The position numbers were made by a program, and so were the translations under genes. A DNA stretch of 61,023 nucleotides, filler included, from Basidiobolus ranarum (lineage: Eukaryota), in the NCBI GenBank assembly GCA_040143965.1. It is 3 parts of 3 records of this genome, joined end to end, with 100 filler letters (N's around TTAATTAATTAA, not from the genome) between each part and the next. Parts side by side here need not be neighbours in the genome. Positions count along the whole stretch, not along the records: positions 40,825 to 61,023 come from JASJQH010007108.1; 2 more parts are not named here. One strand, given 5' to 3'. Shown here one piece after another: positions 50,452-61,023 of this stretch (position 1 is its first letter; every line of letters begins with the position of its first letter). The notes under the pieces were generated by a model. That model saw only the letters and a program-made list of their open reading frames with translations, did no database searches and had not been told where the DNA came from.

Positions 50452-52174
50452 TTAAACGCCCCTGGGAACCCCATTCATCATTCCTTCGTAAAAGGAACTA
50501 CTTCCAATAAAGTTGTCGCTGGTGCTAGAAGTAGTAAATCCGCTTGCTATATCCGAATCATTCCCGTTTTTGGGTGGTCGGGGTGGATTACCGCAGCGAT
50601 CCTTACCATAGTTGATACGGAAGTTGGTATAATTGAAGTTCGACTTGATTCCATCAATAGCCTTGACGGCAGACAAGATATTATTGAAGTTGACAAATGC
50701 GCAGTTCTTATCTTTTAAGGTGTTGACTAGTTCAATCTCTCCGAACACAGAAAAGTCTTGCTTCAATTTTTCTTCCGTAATACTGTCATCGATATTGCCA
50801 ATGTATACATTCCGTGTAGCTCCAGACTGAACAGCCATAGCCACAGCAGGTGGAAGTGGGGTATTTTTACCCCATCCAACCTTTAACCTGCGGTTTTTGA
50901 TAACGACTCCAGCGTAGTTCGCAAGATTATAGAAGTTCATGGCAGCATTCGGGTCGACAAAGCTGATAAAGGCGATATGTTTATCAGTCATAAAACGAAT
51001 CTGATGCAAGATCCCACCGCGAACAACATTACAAATATCTTCACAGGTGGTTTCTGGATGAATATTGCCCAAATAGATGGTGCGATTACTAATAGCACCT
51101 CCGAAATTAGGAGATGGATACTGTCCATTATGTTCATGTAGAAGATTGTTAGAAGAGTATGGATCAAAGGACACTCCATTGAAATGACTTCCATTGAAGT
51201 TGTTAGAATAACTGGTATTGATCCCATTACCAGTTAAATATCCATTGCTCTGAGAGGATTTGGTAGGTTGTGCACATCTATCCTTACCGTAATTCACACG
51301 TTTACCAGCCCACTTGGAATCTGATTGTAGACTGGTGACACATTTGACGGCGTTGGTAATGGACAGGAAGTGGACAAAGCCAATGTTTTTCTCTCTGATT
51401 ATCTTTACGGTATCAATTGGCCCAAAAATGGATAAATCTTCCCGAATGGACTCTTCGGTTGTTGATCCTTCCAGGCTTCCTAGATAGACATTACGGGTAG
51501 CGCCGGTTTGGACAGCAACCAGTACGTTACTTGGTACAGGTGTTGGTTTTCCCCAGCCAACTTTAAGATCCTGACCCCTCAGTACAATTTTTTTGGTATT
51601 AGCATCGTAGTGAAAAGAGTTGGCACTGTTTCCATCTAGAAAAGAGATAAAGATACAGTTTTTCTCGGGTAGTAACTTGACGTTCTCAATTGGGCCACCT
51701 CTGACATGACTAAGGACTTCATCAACTGGTGTATCAGGGGGAATATTACCAACATAAATTGTTCTTCCTATAAGTAAAACTTATAATATGAGTAAACTTG
51801 AAAACTCCAACCTCATAAAAAATAGGAATCCTACCGCCATAAGAGGAGTTCCCATTTTGGATTTGGGGCAGAGCAGAAAGGAATTGGTTACCAGATTGAT
51901 ATTGGTGGCTGAAACCATTTTGATACTGAGGAGCAGAGACTAGCAACGGCGGTGCCATTGTTGGGTACTGATTGTACATACCGCCAGTAGACCCACTTAC
52001 TGCAAGACCAAGGCCAAGTTCGTGCGGAGACCTATTTCCGGGTAGAGGATAGTTATATTCCTGAGCAAAATGAGGTTGCTTAGTACAATTCTTAATCAAT
52101 ATTTCATTGCAAATTGGGTGTCTATACAACAACATATTCGGGGAGGTCGAAGGTCTATTAAGAAGTGATATCAT
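50452..52174 (-). CDS. MRN1: Four-RRM RNA-binding protein Mrn1/Nrd1(Msa2); start codon uncertain
   Basis: Intron 51768-51834, then two RRM pairs (RTIYVGN...LKVGWGK...GATRNVYLG...VNYGKDRC, repeated). Confidence 0.88.
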
Positions 52175-54727
52175 ATGCTAAAAAAACCGAAGAGAACCAA
52201 AAATAGGCCCCACTATACTTTGTTGCATAAAAAGAGTAATGGAGTTGGCTACAATGGTACATTTATATGAAGAAAAGATTGGGGATATTTGTATCTGCGT
52301 CGCAGCCAACCAAGTTCTTAAGACTAAAGTAAGAAAACTTGATGAGCTTAAAGCAAAGCTGCACCCAAAACTTTGACTAGACAACAATGCAAGAATGAAA
52401 AGGGAAAAACGTATTGAGGATTTGGGCCGAAGAAAAGAGATACTTACAAACTCGACTTTTTGAGAGGCGTGTTCTTTCATAAAATAGTATGTTATTGGTT
52501 GATTTTTTCCCGTTGAGACCGTGCGGGAAGAAGATGAAAGAAAGGAATATGGCTTGGCTCTAGCTAAGTAGATTTGTGATGATATATTGGGAGCCCGGCT
52601 TAATGCTATGGGTACTAAAAGAGGGGGTATTGTGCTGCACAGTAACAACCTGAAAAATTACCTTAATGTTGTTTGTAAAATACTTTGAAATTGAGAAGAT
52701 TCAATCTAACTACAGATCAATAATATATAGAATAGGCATTTCCTATCCACAATTAAGAACTTGGCTAATTTCCGAGGCTGGACAATTTTATTATCCCTTA
52801 GCGTTCAGTCCAGAAATTGCTATAATTTGTCGACTGGTAATGAGTGGTTCTCACAAATGCTGAGATGCCTTTAGTAGACTTCCATTTATTTACCAAATGG
52901 GCAGGAATCAAATCACCTGCGCAAGTATAACTCTGCAACATCTGCTTTATGCTCAATGTCTAAAGTAGAATATTTAGGGCTTAGATATGTTAGAGAATTT
53001 GTCATGCTGAGGTGTCTTGCCAACCCAAGATATGATACCTTATGCCAAATCGCTTCACTGTGCTGGCGGCGGCTACTATCAGCGAGGTGCGGCCCACAAG
53101 TCGCAGCAAAAGGTTCACCATATCCAAATCTTATGCAATCTTGCCCCAATCATTTCTTTCGCACAATTAACTTGGTATCACGCTGTGCTATTTATTTAGT
53201 GGATATTTTGGAGCCCAAATTCCAAGCTGATTGGTGATTCTGCAATTGCCTTTCACTGTTGCCAGGTTTAAGCTTCTTGACATAATAGAACATTCTCAAC
53301 ATCGACAAAGTCGCTGGTACAAAGACTCTAGTGTTAATTGTGATCAGGGTTCTTCAGGCGTATGGAGTGCGTAGAGATTTAAAGCGAACTCCAGATGGAG
53401 GTGTGTTCTAGATAACAATCTCTAATTTCGTATGATGAATCCATATAGCCCAAAATGTAGGCCATTCCAAACGTGGTGACACCCATCAAATGTCCTACAT
53501 GTATCTAGGATTTTGGGTGGCTTCGAAAATGAGCAAAGATCCATGCCTGTCCTTGTTTGGTACTACAGGCACTCAAGGAGATATGCTGTGCACATGTAAT
53601 GTATCTCATTATCAAAAAGGTAATGGTATAATGGTATACTCAGCCTTTTCGTCTCAAGATAGTGAAGTGTCACAGCAGATATCAATTCAATTAATGCCAC
53701 GCACATGAAGCTAAATACTCATTCGTAGCATCATTATTTTTAGATATAGACTGCTAATCTTGAGATCCTTGAGCGTCACCTATAATATACTGCATAAAGC
53801 ATAAAACATCTGAACTGTAAATGGTGGTTCATTTATTGATTATAAGTTGATGATAGCAACAGTCGGGATCAACAGTTTTCTGGATATTGCCAACTGAGAG
53901 AGGCGACGTGTGTGCTCATGATATAGAGAAACGGTTGCCTCTTCTCCACACTACAATATGCACTGGCTACGTATCCACGAATTACGATTCCCTGTCAAAA
54001 TTGTGTAGCTAAAATTTTCTATCTTGATATAATGTTTGGCTTAATCTCCAGATAGTCTGGCTGTATCAAATATTCTGATGCATGACTTTGGAAGGTATCG
54101 AAGAGGATGTTGATAAAGGATATGCAATTGACAGAGTAATATCATTTCAACAAGATCAAGTAATTCAGGGTAATAAGAGAACGTAAATATGGATAACTTG
54201 TGCTTACAGGTACATGAATCGTCCGTTGAAGAGGTAAAAAAATACAAGTTGAGAGGAGGCCGAAGAAATAGGGATAGTGATAAGGTAGGTAAGACATCGG
54301 GTGTGGTCAATGTCCATCTCATATTCTTCGGCCCTAACACAGAATCCTCTCAAAAGCTTTGGCCCAAAATTTAGATAAGCGTGGAGTAATAATACATGTG
54401 AACCGTCTTGTGAAGGATTACTCAAGTCGGAGGAAGGGATAAAAGACGAGAGAAGAAAAGGGTGGTACTTGAAGAGTAAATGATAGACGATACAATATTG
54501 GAAAATAGATTTTAACCATAAACATCTGAAACTTAGATAACGCAATAAAAAGAAAGGTTGAACAATGAATACTCGTTATAGTGGAGCGTATACGATTCAG
54601 TTGAATAGGGAGCAATGGAGTCATGTTCTGCAAGTATTAGATAGTAGGTACCCAAGAAGAGGTAGACTAAAGATCATACATATGGAATGAGGATGGTTTG
54701 GTATACACAATCAATTCGTAAAGCCCT

Positions 54728-57700
54728 TTATAAGTCGTAGGACATGCGATTCTTGATAAGTTTAGGCGAGGCAAGATCTTGTAAGAAGGGATCTGACATC
54801 TCCTTAGTGACTACCATCCCCAATGGCCGGTTTCTTGGTTGAAAAGAGGCGCTTGAAGTGAAATTGGGTGCAGTGGGAGGCAGGAGATTGGCTTTTTGTA
54901 TGAATTGTTTTGTAGTGTCATTAGTCAGATGATTTGGTGTGTTTGTGGAGTGGAGTGCCATACTAGGTGCACAGACAGAGGCCCCTTTCTTTGCATTATT
55001 GGCATTTAATGCTAATATATCACGAAACTGTTCCAAGGCTTTGCGAAAGTCTGTGAGATTGATATCACCCACGTCTAGTTCCTTTCCAAATATATCAGTA
55101 ACGGTATTAGTTATAGACTCGAACCTTTTCAAATAAATAGTAGAGTACGCATTTTCAATCCGCGCAACCAGTCCCTCCATAATCCTCATTAATTCATGAT
55201 CTTCTGCATTATCCTTAACGTGGAAAGTAAGCAAACCACTCAAGTTATCTGTTCTTGAAGCTCGACGGCTCACCAAGCTAGCATCACCCGAGGCCATTCG
55301 CTCAAGACGAATACAAATATAGCCTAATGATCGTATCAATGCGGGATCGATGGTCTGAATAAATGTCTTATCATAAACAACAGGCTCTTCTTTGGCTTGT
55401 GCTTGTTGCCATTGCACCCATCGAGCTAATAGCGATTTGGGGTAGATTAGAGATAGCTCTTCAGGGGTTTCTAGTCCTTTCAGCTTTCGTTTGCCGAGTT
55501 GGACTACCTCCAAACGAAGTTTTCTTAAGGCCATCTCGTCTCTGCCAAACTCACTGGTAGATAAATCATCTTCTGGAGTATCGGATTCGGGAAGCTCGTC
55601 AAATATACCTTCCAAGTTGTTGATCTCATTAATTACATCCGAACTCACGCAAATCTGCCCACCATCGGCAACACTACAGATACGGGCAGACCTATTCACC
55701 ATAGGGCCAAAATAATCCATGCGCTTTGTAATAGGGTCTTCTTCGTGAACTGGTTTGCCATAATGAATTCCCATTCTAACTGATAAACCGCGATAAAGAA
55801 GTTCGTTTGTTAAACCAGGTCCAAAAATCTCGCGTCCATCTTCTGAATTTAAAATTTCTTGAGGCCAATCGGCCTGTAGTAGTTGTAACTGGACAGTCAA
55901 GCACCATCGTAATGCTGATGAAACAGTAGGAAAAGATACCATAAAAGCATCTCCTTCAGTTTTTACTTCATAACCTCCGATAGTGCGTAACAGGCGACGC
56001 ATAATTTTATTATGGACCCTGATTGCGTTGTTCATAGCTTTCGGAAGGGTTTCCCATAGGAATGTGGAGTTCTTGATATCAGTAAATACCAACGCTACTG
56101 TACCAACAGGAGGTTGTATTTCTCGTTCTAATCTCGCTAACGTACCATCTCCAGGAAGCTCGCTGTTGCCACGATGGCTTTTATGGTGCAAGTTTGTCTC
56201 GTCAAACCCTTCGGCAAATCCAAACATTCCTTTACCAAGATGCCCCTGGTGGTTGTTACCATTTTTACCTTGTGTAGGCTGCCTATTGAAGAGATCACCA
56301 ACTCCAATTATCATGACCACAATACTTTCACTGGCACCATAGGTAATTGCAAAATCGCGTAGCTTCTGGGCAGCCAACATCAAATCGAATCTTGAGGTGC
56401 GTGCAATATCGACAGCTGTTTGGTAGGACACATAATCCCATAGGCCTTTGCTAGCCATTATTACAAATTCGTCATGCTCACCGAGTTTAACGGTCTGGAT
56501 AGTCGGATTTGCATTAATTGCCGGCAACATATTGAATTGTCCAAAGCACCTAGATACACCAACTTGGCCGCCAACTAAACCATTTGGAGAAATCCAACCA
56601 CCAGAATCTCTGATTCGATTAATTTCCTTTTGGCTCCATGCAGAGTGTCTAGTTGATATCAACTGAGCACTATTTCCCCTGGAGATTACTGCTAAAGCGT
56701 CTCCAACATTGGCAACGTATAAAGTTTTATCACAAATGTAGATTACTAAGGCGGAGGCGCCGGCATTTCTGCCCTCTTCGATTGCAAAAGTTCCTAGTTC
56801 TTTCTCTATGCCCAAGAATGTACGACGTAAAGCATCCTCTGCAGTTTCTGATGATCCCCGTAGTTTCTTCAACTCTGAGATAAAGTGAAAAGTAAACCAG
56901 TCATTCAGGTATTTCGAGAATACTGACCCGCCTTGCTTCACGTTTAAAGAGTCGAACAAAGCAAATAGGCATTCATTATCAGAGCTCCGGAACTTCGGAA
57001 CTGCCAAGTCCCAAGAACACAAGACACCTGAGGGACCCAAGTAATCAGCCATACCATAGCTCATGTGATTTGCCTCAGAGATAGAGGTACGGATTCTACG
57101 CTTTTCGGTTTCTTCAGGTACACCCACCATCAATGCTACATCCATCAAGCCAAGCACGCTCAAAACATGTAAAGAGCTGAAATCTGCCAAGTTTCTCTCT
57201 CTATTGGGATTCAAGTCATTGTGATTGTTCTTAATCTGCAAACGCTTATTTCCGGATAGATTTAAATAGCGTAATTCAAGATTCCAGTTCCAGTTCCAGT
57301 CATATGGCCAATTCGAAATATTATATTTCAAGTTATTGCTACCCACATCTAATACTTCCAACTTCCCGATCTTCCCGAGCTCGGCAGGCAATGTATGAAG
57401 TTTGTTGGCGTTTACATGAAGTATACGCAGACTACGAAGTCGTTCGATCTCATCTGTAGGCAAAGAACTGATTTGGTTTCCAGACAAATACAATTCGATC
57501 AAGTTAACCAAGCTAAATAGAGTCTTTGGAGGGATCTCATAGATTGCATTAAAAGAAACATTTAACACTCTCAACTCTGTCAACAAACTGATGGGAGGAA
57601 ATATATCATCAGTTAGTCGATTATCTCCTAACATTAATTTCTGTAATGAAAGAGATAATGGAGGAGGCACAGTGCGAGGAAGAGAGTTTTCTGTTCTTCT

Positions 57701-60684
57701 GGGTTGTATTGGAGTAGTTGGCGAGGTAGGTGGGCCGGAAGTGAAAGTAGGTGGAAACGCGCTAGGAGTTGGGAGAGTTTCCAATAGATTAGAGCTAGCA
57801 TTTAATACAATCAATCTTGAACACCACCAAAATTCTTCGGGCAAAGTTTTCAAATTATTATTATGTACATCCAATACTCTCAAGTCTGGTAATCCAGCAA
57901 TCTCGACAGGAAGGGAGCCTAACAAGTTATTGGTACAGTTTAAAATTTGTAGATTCTTCAACGCACCAATGCAACTCGGAATAGATACAAGATGATTATT
58001 GTCCAATTTCAATCGTTGCAGCCCTCCTAGATGCTCGAAAATATCTTCTGGTAACCTAGAAAGTTTGCTGGAAGAGAGATTGAGGTCGGTTAGGGTATCC
58101 GACATACAGGAAAGGCTGAATTGGGTGAGATGGTTTTTGGACAAAGTCAGATTCTTCAGTGACTGGAATTTAGCTGTAAGATTGGATATGGAGTTGTTGT
58201 CACTGTATAGCCTCTCAAGCTTGGGTAAAGAATCCAGAACATCCAAATCGTGTATCTTATTTCTACGAATATCGAGCTCGATTAGCTCACAAAGATTTCG
58301 AAATCCTTTGGGCAAAGATCCACATATTTGATTACAAGACAAGTGCAACTTTTCCAGGCAAACCAGCTTTCCGATGCTTTCAGGAAGCAAATAAAGGCGA
58401 TTGAATGACAAATTGAGCTCCTTAATACTGATAAGCTCGCACACGGAGCTGGGGAATTCGGTCAACTTATTATTAGATACATCGAGGACTGTTAGATTCA
58501 CAAGTTTGGCAAACTCCATCGGAAGTGTACGGATTCGATTATTAAGAAGAAATAGCTTATTAAGCGAAGTGATTGTGTGTAGTTGTGCAGACTCTACTTC
58601 TTTTAGTCTATTGTGGGACAGGTCTAAACACTTAAGGTTGTTGGCATAACGAATACCGTTCGGAATGTGCTTGTATTCGTTGTTCCTTAATTTTAAATCC
58701 ATCAAACTTGTGCATACTTGAATAAAATCTGATGGTATATCCAGCATCAAATTTTTCGAAAGATTTAGCGTGACAATCATAGACGCATGTCTAAATAACA
58801 GTATTGGGACCGTTTGTAGATTGCGTGAAGGAAGATCAACTTCCTGAAAGCTAGTTGGCCAGCATTCTCTTTCCTATAATGAAACTGATCAGTATATTCC
58901 CGACAATTCATCATTAACAGACAACAAACTCACCACATTTGATGCCTGTAAACTTGTATGGCTGAATGTGAACCGGCATAAATAAGTATTATCCTCTCGG
59001 CCTTGATCCCTCAACTTATCTTTACTGGTGTATCCCATTTGCTCTAACATTCGCTTCAGATACTGAATAGGCCGCTCTTGTGCCCCTAATATTCTTACTG
59101 AGAAACTGGTAAGTACACATATTGATTCTAGATATTGATGTTGGAATAATTACCAAGGCCATGTCGGTGGACATAAAGGTTGTACTTTGATGGCTCAGGG
59201 AGAAAGAATTTTCGGCCCAAAATTTCGCATAATTCGGCGGCGGTAATATGGGCTGGAATAGTCACTGTACCAAATGTGGAATCCTCTCGAAAGATACGAA
59301 TACAAAACTACAAATATTTCGCCAAGAAAAATGAATGGATTGAATATATTAATGTTGGATGGTTTGACCTTACTGGCTCGCTACTAACAGCAGATTGTTC
59401 TTTTTCAGCTGGCTGCACTTCTTGATAATCCTCTTCGTCATCAGTATCTTGTTGACTTGATGAAGGTAAAGTGACCGCCCACGACTCTGGTGGAATCCAT
59501 GCTTCTGATAAATCTTTTTTATGCATCGTACTATTACCCCAGTCTTCAAGTCCCATGGAGCTCTCCAAACCTTCGATAAATGACGCTGTGTGTAATCTAC
59601 TATTGGCTCTGGCCATTACCTCGGGATGTACGATACCATCCATTTCTACTATATGTAATGGCTTCTAAGTATCTAACACAAACAAAAAATGAAATTTGAA
59701 ATACGTACGTTCTGATCCATTGATCCCACGAAGCTAATATATAATACACAGGAAAGTGTTAGCTTGCGCAATTTTACGTGTATCAACTTCAACTAGTTAC
59801 CGAGTGTAAATCTTCTTCACTATTCTTGTGGTGTCTGGGCCAGGCGCCATCACTACCACGTCGTTTTGGTTGATACGACGCAGCTTCATCATTCACTAAT
59901 CCTTTATCCGAGGAGTAAGAGCCCTTCCTATTGGTGTCTATCGAATAATGATGGTAAGTTTGTGTATCCATGTATGTCGTTCAAGTACATATCGTTCATT
60001 ACCTTCGGCACCTGTGACTTTATCCTTAATCTTACGCTTTCCAAACTGAAAAAATTTCTTCTTCTCCTTGTCTTTAGCGTTACTTATGTGAGAAGTTGCC
60101 GGAATGAAATTTTCAGGGATTTTATTCCTCAAAGACTTCCAGACACCAGAATGTGAGTGTTGATTATTGGTACTTCCCGAATTGTCATAATTTGACACTA
60201 CCGAAACCTGAGAAGTATCTTTGTTCTCCCGCGTCATATCCAATGTAGAAGGTTGTACGCTATGTGTGGTATTGAGTAACTTCAACTGACTCGAAGAAGG
60301 AGATTTTCGTAAATCTCGTACGGGGCTGTGTATACCTTGTAGGTCTAGATTTGACTGGAGATGTTCAAATGGTTTTTTTTGGTGAGTTAACAAAGATAAT
60401 AACGTTGAGCTTTTTTTATGCTCTGGTAGGTGACTTGAAGTTGCGTAATCCGATTCCTCAATTTCAGAAGTGAAAAGAGAATCCTTTTGGAGGTTTTCTG
60501 TCTGTGAAGGGGAAGGGGAAGGGTAAACGCTGATGTCTGGTAAATCAGATTTATCAACTGTATAATATGTTATAGGTTCAGACTTAAATCCGTTGAGTGG
60601 CACACAATCGGGAGGATAATGTGGACTATTTGTGAAGTTATCAGGAGTAGTGATTTCTTGTTTTCTCGAACCAAGCTTTCGCAT
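54728..60684 (-). CDS. CYR1: Fungal adenylate cyclase (Ras-associating, LRR, PP2C-like and cyclase domains), multi-exon
   Basis: EAW.PPESWAV, CIRIFREDSTFGT, many LRRs, NWPYDWNWNWN, PP2C-like region, VFTDIKNST and YEVKTEGDAFMV; upstream exons joined by GT-AG introns to ATG 60684 (start inferred). Confidence 0.93.
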
Positions 60685-61023
60685 CACCACGCAAGTCCAA
60701 ATAAAAATGTCTTAAAGCAGGCTGAGTGCACCTGTGACAGAAAGTGTTAATTCGGTACTACATTGTTAGGAGTGGAAGCTTAAAGAGCCAGTATTGAAAG
60801 GAATAGTGAGTTGTAGTGCTTATTTGTAAAAACTAACCGATTTTTCCAAAGGTCAGCTATTTGTAATGGAATACAACAAAAGTGGTCAGTTTCTTTGTAA
60901 AACAGTAATCATAGACACAAGTCCTTGCTCAAGGGAGGAAATCGGCAAGATCTTACCAAATAATATCGGCTTGACAACCTTTAAGCCTTAATGAGGACAA
61001 CAAGTTATTGATAGGGTACAGAA

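Noticed and set aside
51297..51770. Gap between ORFs suggesting a frameshift or pseudogene in MRN1
   Set aside because: The frame is open and simply lacks a start codon; intron 51768-51834 joins the exons
52178..54633. Several 60-156 aa ORFs between MRN1 and CYR1
   Set aside because: No recognisable motifs or splice structure; probably UTR or promoter sequence
59650..60002. Frame changes in the 5' part of CYR1
   Set aside because: Resolved by ordinary GT-AG introns and a 25-nt exon; no recoding needed
33025..60684. Apparent clustering of SRV2/CAP with its partner CYR1
   Set aside because: They are on different contigs joined artificially
1..61023. tRNA, rRNA, selenoprotein (in-frame TGA) or readthrough signals
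   Set aside because: None recognised by eye; tRNAscan-SE, Infernal and SECISearch would be needed to exclude them

Overview
Eukaryotic, gene-dense, AT-rich DNA from a fungus, most likely an early-diverging lineage (Zoopagomycota/Mucoromycota-like; inference). Evidence: short GT-AG introns of about 50-70 nt with CTAAC branch points, a fungal RA-LRR-PP2C-cyclase adenylate cyclase, Zds1, Mrn1/Nrd1, an ADAM protease and DTWD1. The window is three ~20 kb contigs (1-20335, 20436-40724, 40825-61023) joined by artificial 100-nt N/TTAATTAATTAA linkers, so no synteny can be read across them. It holds about 21 protein genes, mostly conserved housekeeping genes. The most notable structure is a ~348-bp solo-LTR family (TG...CA ends, 5-bp TSDs) present on all three contigs, which is repeatedly interrupted near its own 5' end. 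A related Copia-type element has an 87-bp LTR and a GGTTATGAGC primer-binding site. Other points of interest: sharply CpG-free repeat domains, an intronless bacterial-like GMC oxidoreductase, an atypical P5-ATPase with a signal peptide and Cys-rich ectodomain, a GRF-zinc-finger/RING protein, a TTAGGG cluster upstream of RPS4, and overlapping U2/U12-like splice donors at the COPZ stop codon.
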